Assembly (NCBI GenBank): GCA_035221665.1
Contig: CM069131.1
Coordinates: 27,280,001-27,344,000, forward strand
Length of the DNA: 64,000 bases
Origin: Okamejei kenojei
Lineage: Eukaryota
Reading direction: 5' to 3'
The notes beneath the pieces were generated by a model. That model was not told the DNA's origin. It worked only from the letters and a program-made list of their open reading frames with translations, and did no database searches. The position numbers were made by a program, and so were the translations under genes. Of this stretch, positions 38,531 to 51,359 are shown one piece after another. The stretch's first letter is position 1. The number at the start of each line of letters is the position of its first letter.

Positions 38531-39338
38531 CAAGTTCAAGTTCACATTTATTGTCACATGCACCAATTAAGGTACAGAGAAATTTGAGTTACCATGCAAC
38601 CCTACAATCAAAAAGAAGACAATACAGAATAGAATTTAACATAAACATCCACCACAGTGGAATCAACATTCTTCACTGTGATGGAAGGCAATATCGTTCA
38701 GTCAATCTTCCTCTTTTGTTCACCCGTGGTCGGTGCCATCAACCCTCCGTAGTCGCCGATACAGATGGCCCGATGCACAAGCCCTCTCATCGGGATGATC
38801 GAAACCCCGACATCGGGACGGATCGGAACACACACTCCGCGGCTTGGAGTTCCCGTATCAGCCACTTTCTTACCAGAGACCGTGGCTCTGTGATGTTATA
38901 GGCCGCAGGCTGGCGGTCGAAGCACTTCTTCAGGCGATCCCCAGCAAGGGATTCCAGGCTCCGCGATGGAAAGTCCACATCGTGCCTGCGGCTAGAAGCT
39001 CCGCAGACCGTGGCTTCATGATGTTATAGTCCGCAGATCGGCGACGGAGCACTTCTTCTGACGATCCCCGGCAAGGGATCGCCTCGCTCCGCGATGTTAA
39101 AGTCCCACCACGCCTGCTGCTGAAGCTCTGGGCCGGTCTCTGAGAAAGGCCACACCAATCCAGTTGTTAGGCCGCGAGGGGGGTGAAGATGCGACAAAGT
39201 GAAAAGTCGCATCTCCGTCGAGGTAAGTGACTGAAAACGGTTTCCCCCTATTCCCTCCCATCACCCCCCACACTAAACATACATTTAGACATACTAAAAA
39301 AGGTTGAAAGGACGAACACGCTGCTGGCGAGGCAGCCA
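38531..39338 (-). mobile_element. Non-autonomous GC-rich retroposon (partial second copy at 48143-48812)
   Basis: (TGAACT)n tail with AATAAA on the minus strand. 3' region shared with 8256-8790. Internal ~130-bp imperfect repeats (ccgtggct..tgatgttatag..gcacttctt). Confidence 0.6.
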
Positions 39339-39724
39339 CCCAGTGACCTGTTCAAACATGAGAGATTGGGTGGTGTTGATGTTCAAAGGGACCTGGGTGT
39401 CCTTGTACAATGTTGTTCTACAACAACATGCAGGGGTAGCAAGTGATTAAGAGGGATATAAGCATGTTAGTCTTTGTTTGGAGAGAACTGAGGATAGGAA
39501 TAAGGAATTGAATAGAGTTTGGTGAGATTTCAACCAAGATTATTTAGTCAGTTTTGGTCCTTTTTCCTAAGAAATAATGTATGCCATGGAAGGGAACAGC
39601 CAAGATTAATGAGACTAGTTCCAGTACTGGGGTAGGAAAGAACTGCAGATGCTGGTTTAAATCGTAGGTAGACACAAAATGCTCGAGTAACTCAGTGAGA
39701 CAGGCAGCATCTCTGCAGAGAAGG

Positions 39725-41382
39725 CAGGGCCGGATTTAGATGAAGAGAGGCCCTGGGCTATTCCACTTGTCAGGCTCCTCCCAATCCCCCACCCCCACGA
39801 CGAGAGAAAGATGGAAGAGTCCACCAGATTGACACCGGTGTGCAGCCGAGCGTGGCCAATGAGATAAGGGCTGGAAAGCTGCGCTTTTTATTTATTGCCA
39901 GTGCTGGTGTCGAGTTATCGGCTTAAAACACTGTTATTATAAAATGGAGGGCAAGGAAAATTACTGAAGTGTTGTTTAGAGACTACAGTGCATTGTGACA
40001 GCATATGTAAGAAAGGCGTATGACAGTGTCAAAAATATTATACACCAGGCCTGTACGAAGCTTTTCAAAAAGGGGGGTGGTATGGTAGGATTACAAAAAC
40101 TTTATGTGAAATAAGTGCAAGCAGCGCATATCACAAGCGTGAAGCTCAAAGACCCTTGCGGCCGGCGTCTTTTGATACTCTCTGGTGCATTCTGATCCTT
40201 ATTTTGGAGCATTTTTGCACCAAATTTATGACCAGTATTCAGAAATAATTTCGGTTGAGTCAAGAGTAATGAGTGGTTGGAATGGGATGATTGGAGTCAT
40301 TGTTGTATACATTTTCTTTATTGAAGAATTGAAGCTATCCTTGTTTTAATAATCAAGTTGTATTGTAAAATGTTATGTAAAATGTTATAAAGGAGCATGC
40401 AAACACTGCAAATAAAATACTGTACGTTTTAGCAGCAAATAAAATCTTTTTTTAGAAAGTTTTGTGTGTTGATTTGATTGCCTGTTACTGTTCGACTGTG
40501 TTAGTGTGCTGATTAAAAATATGATGCAAAATGAAAGTCGCAAACTATGGAATACATAATTTTCAGTATTGTTATCAAGGAAAATAAAGTAGTTCCAATT
40601 GTTTGATATTATTCATATGGAGGAGAAAATATAATTGCTCTAAAACCTACCTTAATTTTGCAATCTCACTAAAGATAATCCCCCTTTCCCTCTCCCCCTC
40701 CTCCTTCCCCCTCCCTCCCCATCTCTCTCTCCCCTCCCCCACTCCCCCTCTCTCTCTCTCTCTCCCCCTCCCTCTCTCTCCCACCTGTGTCAAGCCCCCC
40801 TTTTCCCCCTCTCACAACCTCCCTCTCTCTCCCTCCCTCCCCCTCGCTCCCTCCCACGCAGCGAGGCTCCGACTCCGCGCCGCAGACACTGCAGCCCCCC
40901 CCCCCCCCGGCCCGGAGAAACGGGCACTCCCGCAACACAATATTCCACTACTTCCCTGGAGTAGACACCTAGGATCGTTGGTAGACACGAGGCATCGAGG
41001 TGATTGTGTGGAGTGCAAATGGAGATCTGAACCTGCCCGGGCCCACTGCGCACGCGCGGAGAGACAGCGTCATTTTGCGTCGCTACTGCGTCACCGGCTT
41101 CCCCCAACTGCGCAGGCGCGGATGGTCACAATTTCTTTCCCCAAATCTTCCAGCGGGCCGGAACCAGAATTTTGGGTTATTTCCGTCAAAGCACTCCAAT
41201 TTTTTTTTCTTAGGATTTTTTTTACTCTTGGAAATAAACACCTTGGCCGGAGGCCCCCTAGATTTTGAGGCCCTAGGCTTCAGCCTATGAAGCCTATGGG
41301 TAAATCCGGCCCTGCCGAGGCCCCCCTAGATCTCGAGGCCCTAAGCTTAAGCTTGTGAAGCTTATACGTAAATCCGGCCCTG
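39725..41382 (+). mobile_element. Non-autonomous hAT-type DNA transposon
   Basis: TIRs CAGGGCCGGATTTA and TAAATCCGGCCCTG. The right terminus is present twice (ending 41314 and 41382). No transposase ORF. Confidence 0.8.
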
Positions 41383-42585
41383 CCTCGCCCGCTGAGTTTC
41401 TCCAGCATTTTTGCCTACCTTCAATTTTCCAGCTCTGCAGTTCCTTCTTAAACATTCTCATGAAAGTACATTTGAAATGAGAGATGAATAATCAAAGTCT
41501 GACTGATTCAGCACTGGTCTGTGTCTGATCTTCCAGCACAGTTGGACACCAAGACAAAAAGTTTCACCTTGTTAACTAGATGTTGTTATGGATTAGCCAG
41601 TCCCCAGTGAGAGGAATCTTGAGCAAAAATGAACCAGCTGGGCTGAATGGCCTGTTTTTGTGTGTAGATTACTATATACATTTACCATCTTGCTTTCATT
41701 TCCATTTTGTGGTTAATTCTGCAACAAGCAACCATTTCTGGTGACAGTATGTGAGTCACTAGCTCAACAATTAATTGCTTCAACATGGACACAATTGGGC
41801 ATTTGTCCAAACGTTTAACTGTGATAAAAATGTATAAAATGATAAACTAGCAGAGAAATTATACAATGGATGACTGTAAATATGGTAATTTTGCCAGCAT
41901 CCCTTGCCCTCCCAAAATACATTTATGTATGGGGAAAAAGCAGGAACGGTGTCTTGATTTTGGATGATCAGCCATGATCATATTGAATGGCGGTGCTGGC
42001 TCGAAGGGCCGAATGGCCTACTCTTGCACCTATTTTCTATGTTTCTCAAATATGGGTATTGACTGCATCTTGCAGGCAAAGACTTTTAATATAATACTAT
42101 GTTTACTAAATAAAACAAAGTACAATTCCATATTCATTGTTTATGAACCAAACCATTCAATGACAGCAATAGTATATATTAATTGCATCAGGTGCTGTAT
42201 ATTTTAGAGTAGCAGCAGCAAGAATAACATATTTCAATAATCATAATATTAATAAATGAGTATATAAGTCTTTGTTATATGGTTTAGTTTACTGTCACGT
42301 GTACAGTGAAAAGTGTTTTTATTATGTACTATCCAGTCTGCGGAAATACTACATGCTTTAAAACTTCCCTCAGTTTTAACACCATTAAACTGGAAGTCAT
42401 TCAGTTTTCTGCTCCACAATTGAAGCTAATGGGTGAATGCATGTTAAACTAATGAAGAACAACAAATATGCACTTGCAGGACTTCACAGCAACACAGAAT
42501 ATTTTACAATTTCAGTTGACCAGCCATTAATATAATATGGTCAATACTAAAACAAAAATGTGACAATTACAAAGAATAGATATAA

Positions 42586-42885
42586 GGCACAGTGGCACAC
42601 TGGTATAGGTGGTGCCTTACAGCGCCAGAGACCTAGGTGCAAAACCTAGAGAGCGGGTGCTGTCTGTACGGAGTTTGTACGTTCTCCCAGTGACCCTGTG
42701 AGTTTTTCTCTGGAAGCTCCAGTTTCTTCCAATATTCCAAAGACGTGCAGGTTTGTAGGTTAATTGGCTTCTGTAAATTGTCCCTAGTTTGCAGTACGAA
42801 GCTAGTGTAAGGGTGATTGTTGATTGGCATAGACTTGCTGAGCCGGAGGGCCTGTTTTAATGATGTATCTCTAAACTAAACTAAA
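42586..42885 (+). mobile_element. HE1-type V-SINE, near full length
   Basis: tRNA-like head ggcacagtggc..ggta, V-domain tgtacggagtttgtacgttctccc, CR1-like 3' end gggcctgttt and (CTAAA)n tail. Confidence 0.85.
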
Positions 42886-43070
42886 CCAACTGCAGATACC
42901 TGTTACAAAAAAACACAAAATGCAGGAATACCTCAGCGGGTCACGCAGCATCTCTGGAGAACATGGATATGTGACGTTTCAGGTCAGGACGCTTTGTCAG
43001 TCTTCATTCCATGTTGTCCAAATAGTCTGCCTGATCTGCTGACTTATTCCAGCAATTTGTGTCTTTTTTT
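42886..43070. mobile_element. Penelope-derived palindromic element (diverged)
   Basis: Arms cacaaaatgcaggaatacctcagcgggtcacgcagc..ggagaacatgga and tccatgttgtcc..ctgcctgatctgctgacttattccagcaatttgtg. Confidence 0.7.
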
Positions 43071-43713
43071 TTAATGCAATGCTTATGTTTGGCCATCTGA
43101 TGTCACCATCACATAAGTAACTTGGAAAATATTCAGTCGTAATGCAGCTCATGGCAGCATGATAAAAGTTTTCTCAGAGTTGGCATTCAGTTACTGAAAC
43201 CATCAAATGGTCAAAAGAATCTATACTGAATAATTTGTAATGACTGTTCCACGGCCTGTTTCATTATTCAAAAATTAAAAACAGAAGTGCTGCCAGCATT
43301 TTCTGTCTTTAGTTTAGATTTCCCAGTGTTGGAAAAACCAATTAGTCAATTGCTGCAGAGATATTTGACGGGATTAAAAATGGGTGCTGGTGAATCTTCT
43401 ATCTACTTTACGTCTACTTTGCTATGAAATTAAGACCTTTCAGTCAGAGAGATCCTGCAGTCAGGAAGGGCAAACTGGCCATTATCTAGCAGACGTTAGC
43501 AGGGGGACCGCAGAGCCCGGGATTACAATCAGGGAGCAAGGTGGCAACAAGATGAGATTTCATCCCACAGCTTGGACCTTTATATAATCTTTACCGATTT
43601 GTTAGCTTTGCAGAGCATACTCCTGGCAGGGCCTGCGTCACCATTCACTACTGATAAGAAGAAATGAAGACGGTTCATCAGCAACACCAGCTCTGTAGAA
43701 CCCAAGGTCAGCT

Positions 43714-43817
43714 AATAGGGACTGTTAAAAATTATTTCTGTAGAGTAATAATAGGGACTGTTAAATTACTGTAGAGTAATAATAGGGACTGTTAAAAATT
43801 ATTACTGTAGAGTAATA
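43714..43817. repeat. AT-rich tandem repeat, 3 units of about 31-36 bp
   Basis: taatagggactgttaaa(aatt)attactgtagagtaa occurs three times. Confidence 0.85.
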
Positions 43818-45222
43818 AATTATATTTATTATTCTACTGAGATAGGGATTTAGACCTGAGAGGGAGAGGAGGGCACAATTGTGGTTTCTTCTTTCATTCT
43901 ATGATGTAGCTATCTTACCACTGTTATGCAACTAGTTACAATAACTATGGTAACGAGGCCCCGGACAATCCGTCTGGTAGTTCCATACAGTTGGCATCCA
44001 ATGACCATTTTGTATGAGAGTGAGGAGAAGATTAAGGGTAAAGTGTGAATACAGCATTGTGTTTTCCGGCTGAAAAATCACTAGATTTCACCAGTGAGGA
44101 AAATCCAGTTCTTATTAGCCTGCATACATACATAGACCTGGATTAGGAGCAGGGGTGAGCCACACAGCCCCCTAGGCCTGCTCTACTATTTAAAAGATCG
44201 TGGCTAATCTAATTGTTACCTTCACTTCATTTATCCACAGTAACCTTTCATCATCTAGCTTTTTAAGTATCCATCTATCCATAAAATTGCTCATAGTTTC
44301 TGCTTCCATTGCCCTTTGAAAAAGAAACATCCAAACACCTTTGAGAGAAAATGTTTCAGCTTATCTGTCTTAAATTGTGACATACCATTCTCTCCACATC
44401 TACCCTAACAGAGTCACTTGGTGATTTTAAATATTCATTCAAATCCCTTCGTACTCTTCCAAATACCAGCAGATGCAAGCCTGACCTGTCAATGTTCTTT
44501 GTTTAGTTTAGTTTAGTGTATTATTGTCACATATACCGAGGTACAGTGAAAAGCTTTTGTTTGCGTGCTATCCAGTCAGCGGTGAGATGATACATACTGT
44601 AAATACAGTCGAGCTGTTCACAGAGCACAAAGGATAAAGGGCACATTTAGTGCAAAGATGTAACACTGACATCCGATAAAGTGTGATTAAAGATAGTTCA
44701 AACGTGTCCAATGAGGTAGATGGGATGTCGGGACAGTGCTCTAGCTGATGAGCAGACCATTCAATTGCCTGACACCAACTGGGGAAAAATACCCGCACCG
44801 GTTATTAGTCAAATAAATGTTTTCTGTACTGCTTTCAATATATTAAGGTTCTTCCTTAGATAAGAAGACCAGTACTGTACACAATGGTCCTGATGTGCTC
44901 TTACCAATGCCCTAAATAATGATACATAACATTCCTACTTTGATATTCAATTTTCCTGGCAGTGAATAATAACATTCTGTTAGCTTTTCTAATTTCTTGC
45001 CATACCTACATACCAGCCTTTTCCAAATCCTACACTAAGACACCCAGACCCCTCTGTATGTTTTCTTTCACTCTCTTATCAAAATTAACAGTTTCACATT
45101 TCCCGACCTGATACTCCAGATCTTTGCTCACTCAATTAATCAATCTATATCCCCTATCCTCTCTTTTTGTCCTCTTTGCAACTTATTTTCCTTCTTTACA
45201 TAATCAACAAATGTATTACCCA

Positions 45223-45318
45223 AGGTAGACAAAAATGTTGGAGAAACTCAGCGGGTGAGGCAGCATCTATGGAGCGAAGGAAATAGGCAACGTTTCGGGC
45301 CGAAACCCTTCTTCAGAC
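45223..45318 (-). mobile_element. Single-arm Penelope-derived element with a complete minimal hammerhead core
   Basis: The minus strand reads CTGAAGA-A-GGGT-TTCG-GCCC-GAAA-CGTT. 8-bp TSD ATTACCCA at 45215-45222 and 45319-45326. Confidence 0.75.
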
Positions 45319-45477
45319 ATTACCCACTGGCTCATTTATGTAAATTGTAAATGGGTTGCGGCCCCAAACATTGAGCCTCGTGACATCGTTTGTTACATTT
45401 TGTCCTGAGAAAGACCATTTACTTTCTATTTCCTGTTAGCCAAACAATCTTCTGTCGATGCCAATATGCTGCCTTCT

Positions 45478-45697
45478 AGACAATAGACAATAGGTGCAGG
45501 AGTAGGCCATTCGGCCCCTCGAACCAGCACCGCCAATCAATGTGATCATGGCTGATCATCCACAATCAGCACCCCGTTCCTGCCTTCTCCCCATATCCCT
45601 TGACTCCACTATCTTTAAGAGCTCCGTCTAGCTCTCTCTTGAAAGCATCCAGAGAATCGGCCTCCACCGCCCTCTGAGGCAGAGAATTCCACAGACT
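45478..45697 (-). mobile_element. CR1/HER1-type LINE 3' end
   Basis: (TAGACAA)n tail followed by ggtgcaggagtaggccattcggccc..tgatcatggctgatc, as in the other CR1 copies. Confidence 0.85.
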
Positions 45698-46538
45698 AAA
45701 TTAATTTTTATTTTCTGCAATAAGCATTGCTGAGGCACCTTATCAAAAGCCATCTGGAAATCTAAGGCAAGTACCATACATCAACCAGATCCCCTTTATC
45801 CACTGATTCCTCAAAGAACTCTAGCAAATTAGTCAATCATCATTTCTGTTTCAAAATCATGTTGGTGTTGCCTGATTTTTCTCTTTCAATGATTTATTAA
45901 CTCATAAGAAGTTATTTCAATAACTTATAACATTTCTACTGTTCTTTTGGTGATTTTTCTCTATGTTCTCATCTTGAATGTACAATGTTGACCTTGAACA
46001 ACAGAATTTATTAACTTATAAATCTACCTACCTGATATGCAAATTGCTTATGACTTGATTTAAACAAACCCTTCATTGTCTAATGGCCACAACGGCTTGT
46101 TGTCACTGCCGATGTACAAATAACTGCTGTGCTCACATTTTATGCCACAAAGACCTTTTATAGTCCCATAGAAGATGGTGCGGGGAAGGCCAGTTCTTGC
46201 AACTTATTTAATCGTAGCAATTTACACTTATGACATGCTTGTAAACGTGTAGATCATGAAATAAAAATGCATCGTCCAAAAGTGGAGGATGTTTCCAATT
46301 GAATAGGTTGCGAGCAAATGCTGCAACTCTAGTGGAGAGTTGATCAGGAAATGATCTTATAGGGATGCATAAAATCATGAGTGAAATAGATAGGGTAAAT
46401 GCACAGATTCCCTTTCCCAGGGAAAATGTTATAGGAACCTGACGGGCAACTATGACACACTGAATGCGGTACGATGTGGAGCGAGCTGCCAGAGGAAGTA
46501 GTTGCGGTGGGAACAGAAACAACATTTAAAAGACATTT

Positions 46539-49500
46539 TAACACGTTCATGGATAGGAAAGGATTAAAGGGATATGGGTCAAACAAGGGGAAATGGGACT
46601 AGTTTAGGTGGGGCATCGTTGGCATGGATGAGTTAGGCCGAAGGGCCTGTCTCTGTGCTATTTGACTCTCTGGCTGCAGCAGTCCATCTTGTTTTTGTAC
46701 GAAATTCAGGTATCTGCTGTCTCACGTGACTCCTCCTTCTGAATGTTAGTCTTAGGTTCATACACAGAGTTCTAGGATTCGGCAAGGAGTTAAATCCTGT
46801 TTGCAAGACCAATCTCCCTCATATCCCATTTGTTGTCCATCAATGACTTGATTCCTCATTGAGTTTCTGGTGGAATCAAGTCCTGGTGTCCTGTGCTGTA
46901 TAACTCTGACTCTGAGAGGATGCATCTTCTTCATATTCACCCTGCTAAGACTGCTTAGGATCTTTGATGTTTCATTTGGTGAATGTCCAGAAAATATACA
47001 TTAGGTATGTTTTGTAATTCAAAATCTACGATAATAAAAACATTCAGGGTCAATAGAAATCAGAGTCAGAATCCAAAGAACAGTGGATTTTATAGGCCTG
47101 GGAGAGTCAACAGGCTGTACAAAACAGCTTTGAATAGCTGTAAATATTGCCTCCTACTTAGTTAGCTCAGGTGGTGATTGATTAATCTACAGTTTTGACA
47201 AAAAAATCAGTAGCTTGCATAAAACAAGGAGTTGGTTGCTTCATTCATTCTGAGATATTTGTCGTCATTTTAGGATATTGATACAGTGAAGCTCATCTGC
47301 TGTCATGGTCTTATTTTCCTTCTGACATCTCCTTCCTCAGTATTTGCTTCTACTATTAGAAACATCAAAATATGTCCATTGTTCACTATCATCTATTTAC
47401 CTCTGACTGAATGGCTGCTATTTGAATATGCCTACCACATCATTTGCATTGGAAAAGATAGCAGAAGGCAAACCTTTATTTAAATATCTCATTCTTGATT
47501 TGCCAGAAGGAGGACCAACTTGATTTTGTCACGTCATGAAATGTGTACCAATTACTCCCTTTTGAAATAAGCAGTCTTCTATGCATATTAAAATAACTCT
47601 TTCACATTAGTAAGATCGCAGCAGAAACTTGAAAGCAACGGCAGGACTTGGGCCTATAAACACCTGAAAGAAAAGTACAATATTATACTCTCAGTCAGCC
47701 AGCATCCATGGGGTGTCAAATGCAAACCCGCATCTGCAGTTCCTTCAGAGATATTGTCAGAGTTCTCATGTTCGGCGTCTAGGCAGTGAAGGCCAGTTTG
47801 TCACACACTCTGTATCAGAGGTTGGATGATAATCTTGGGATCGATCCTCAGTGAGTAAGAGTGCTGCAAGTTTAAAGGGGTAGGTTTGAAAAAAGGGTAT
47901 CGGTAAGATGATCAATATTGCATCAAAAATATTTGATCATTAGACTCAGAAAGGGTAGGTATTCAGACGGATACTTGTGGATTGGAAATTGGGAGGTCGG
48001 GAGAAGAATGAACAATTTTATGGTCTTGCTTCTGACGATTAATGCAAGAGATTTAACATGTTGTCGGACATTTTACGTGTCCCAAAAGCAAGGAAGAAGA
48101 CCAACCATATTTGGACGACTTAAGATAATTAAAGACTGGAAAATTCTTCACTGTGATGGAAGGCAATATCGTTCAGTCAATCTTCCTCTTTTGTTCACCC
48201 GTGGTCGGTGCCATCAACCCTCCGTAGTCGCCGATACAGATGGCCCGATGCACAAGCCCTCTCATCGAGATGATCGAAACCCCGACATCGGGACGGATCG
48301 GAACACACACTCCGCGGCTTGGAGTTCCCGTATCAGCCACTTTCTTACCAGAGACCGTGGCTCTGTGATGTTATAGGCCGCAGGCTGGCGGTCGAAGCAC
48401 TTCTTCAGGCGATCCCCAGCAAGGGATTCCAGGCTCCGCGATGGAAAGTCCACATCGTGCCTGCGGCTAGAAGCTCCGCAGACCGTGGCTTCATGATGTT
48501 ATAGTCCGCAGCCGGCGACGGAGCACTTCTTCTGATGATCCCCGGCAAGGGATCGCCTCGCTCCGCGATGTTAAAGTCCCGCCACGCCTGCTGCTGAAGC
48601 TCTGGGCCGGTCTCTGAGAAAGGCCACACCAATCCAGTTGTTAGGCCGCGAGGGGGGGTGAAGATGCGACAAAGTGAAAAGTTGCATCTCCGTCGAGGTA
48701 AGTGACTGAAAACGGTTTCTCCCTATTCCCCCCCATCGCCCCCCACACTAAACATACATTTAGACATACTAAAAAAGGTTGAAAGGACGAACACGCTGCT
48801 GGCGAGGCTGCCACCCAGTGACCTGTTCAAACATGAGAGATTGGGTGGTGTTGATGTTCAAAGGGACCTGGGTGTCCTTGTACAAAGTTGTTCTACAACA
48901 ACATGCAGGGGTAGCAAGTGATTAAGAGGGAGATAAGCATGTTAGTCTTTGTTTGGAGAGAACGGAGGATAGGAATAAGGAATTGAATAGGGTTTGGTGA
49001 GATTTCAACCAAGATTATTTAGTCAGTTTTGGTCTTTTTTCCTAAGAAATAATGTACGCCATGGAAGGGAACAGCCAAGATTAATGAGACTAGTTCCAGT
49101 ATTGGGGTAGGAAAGAACTGCAGATGCTGGTTTAAATCGTAGGTAGACACAAAATGCTCGAGTAACTCAGTGAGACAGGCAGCATCTCTGCAGAGAAGGC
49201 AGGGCTGGATTTAGGTGAAAGTCCCTGGGCTATTCCACTTGTGAGGGTCCTCCCAATCCCCCACCCCCACGACGAGAGAAAGATGGAAGAGTCCACCAGA
49301 TTGACACCGATGTGCAGCCGAGCGTGGCCAATGAGATAAGGGCTGGAAAGCTGCGCATTTTATTTATTGCCAGTGCTGGTGTCGAGTTATCAGCTTAAAA
49401 CGCTGTTATTCTAAAATGGAGGGCAAGGAAAATTACTGAAGTGTTGTTTAAAGACTACAGTGCATTGTGACAGCATATGTAAGAAAGGCGTATGACAGTG

Positions 49501-50233
49501 TCAAAAATATTATACACCAGGCCTGTACGAAGTTTTTCCAAAAGGGGGGGTGGCATGGCAGGATTACAAAAATTTTATGTGAAATAAGTGCACACAGCGC
49601 ATATCATAAGTGCGAAGCTCAAAGACATAACATTTCCCCCTCACACATCCCCCCATCTCTCTCCCTCCCTCCCTCCCTCTCTCTCGCTCCCACGCAGCGA
49701 GGCTCCGACTCCGCGCCACAGACACTGCAGCCCGCCCCCCCTCGGCCCGGAGAAACGGGCACTCCCGCAACGCAATATTCCATTACTTCCCTGGAGTAGA
49801 CACCTAGGATCGTTGGTAGACACGAGGCATCGAGGTGATTGTGTGGATTGCAAATGGAGATCCGAACCTGCCCGGGCCCACTGCGCACGCGCGGAGAGAC
49901 AGCGTCATTTTGCGTCGCTACTGCGTCACCGGCTTCCCCCAACTGCGCAGGCGCGGATGGTCACAATGTTTTTCCCAAAACTTCCAGCGGGCCGGAGCCA
50001 GAATTTCGGGTGATTTCCGTCAAAGTGGAAATTCTGATAGCACTCCAATTTTTTTTTTTCTCTGTTTTTTTTTACTCTTGGAAAAAAATACCTTGGCGCG
50101 GAGGCCCCCTAGATTTTGAGGCCCTAGGCTTCAGCCTATGAAGCCTATAGGTAAATCCGGCCCTGCCGAGGCCCCCCTAGATCTCGAGGCCCTAAGCTTA
50201 AGCTTGTGAAGCTTATACGTAAATCCGGCCCTG
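46539..50233 (+). repeat. Segmental duplication copy 2 (native flanks, three internal deletions)
   Basis: Colinear with 36076-41382 but lacks about 37269-37672, 38094-38669 and 40153-40810. The left flank continues a CR1 fragment and the right flank carries the TSD. Confidence 0.9.
49200..50233 (+). mobile_element. Non-autonomous hAT-type DNA transposon with 8-bp TSD
   Basis: TIRs CAGGGCTGGATTTA and TAAATCCGGCCCTG. TSD AGAGAAGG at 49192-49199 and 50234-50241. Inserted in a Penelope-derived palindrome (about 49110-50340). Confidence 0.88.
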
Positions 50234-51359
50234 AGAGAAGGAATGGGTGATGTTTTGGGTCGAGTCTGAAGCCCCGAAACGTCACCCATTCCTTCTCTCC
50301 AGAGATGCTGCCTGTCCTGCTGAGTTACTCCCGCATTTTGGGGTGTTTGCTTTATGAGAGATTGTGGGGAGTGCACCCTCAGGTTTAGAAGAGGGTAGGT
50401 GTCCTTGTAACATACAAAATTCATAAAGGGACTGCCAGACTAGATGTAGAAAGACATTTCCTCCAGCCTCATAGCCCCACAACAACACATGACAGAAGAG
50501 TCAATGAGCAGTGGGCACAGTGTCAGAAAAAGTACTATGCTCATTAGGACTGACATGAGGGGAAATTCCTTCATTCAGTGGGTCATGGGTCTTTGGAATT
50601 CTTTATCCTGGGTCTGTGGAAGCTCAGTTATTGATTAGCCTCCTAATCTGAGATCAAAATAATTATAAACCAAGGATAAGGGAGTAATGGTGGAAATTAT
50701 TCTCAGGTATAAGATTAATGGTGATTTTTGTGAATGGTGGGGCAGAGCCAAAGGCCTGGATGGCCAACCCCTGCGTCAGTTTCATGTCTTGATGTAATGA
50801 ATATGTAGAAGCTGCTCATTTTTTGTTAGTAAGGCCTCAAAAACGAGAAATAAATGAGAAGTTTGTTTTAGTGGAGTTTGTTGAGCACTAAGTATTGGGC
50901 ATGTCATTTAGCTAGGTCCCTTGCTTTTTCAAACAGTGTCTTAAGATCATTTCTGCACAAATGAAATGGAAAGAACATCTGACTGAAAGCTTCTGAATGT
51001 TTATTTTTAAAGAGCTGTCAAATTGCAAGGATTCTTCTGATATGCTTTAAGAAATATAAAGCAATTAGCCTACTTATCCCCATGACCTTGACATTTGGAA
51101 CTATTCAGTGAATTGATTTTAATTCATTATGATTCTGACCTGACCAGATGGAAATGATCGGTACCATTTAAAACTGAGCAGGGAATTACCCCGTTGTGTC
51201 TCTATACCAAGTTGGCTAACTGTTACTTTAAATTGTAAGCAGGCTGGAGGTCTGTTCCAAGTAAGTGTTGCCCCCTTTATGTAACCAGATTAGTCTCTAA
51301 ATAAAATCATCAAGATGTGATCTCCAATTTTCATCTGGGAACTGCTATGGTTTCTCTAC

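Larger units (their letters stand above)
35943..41382 (+). mobile_element. Composite hAT-bounded block (left-end remnant, captured genomic DNA, full MITE); duplicate copy 1
   Basis: Flanked by 8-bp near-TSD CCTCACCC (35935-35942) and CCTCGCCC (41383-41390). 35943-36076 is a deleted copy of the MITE left end. 36076-41382 is near-identical to 46539-50233. Confidence 0.7.

Noticed and set aside
40603-41268. 221-aa ORF inside the hAT element as a possible transposase
   Set aside because: It is a low-complexity Pro/Ser/Leu translation of a CT tract, with no BED finger, DDE or hAT dimerisation motif.
47918-48376. 152-aa ORF that looks like a spliced fusion of ORFs 37864 and 38497 (processed copy)
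   Set aside because: The missing block starts with GT but does not end in AG. It is a microhomology deletion joining two repeat-derived sequences.
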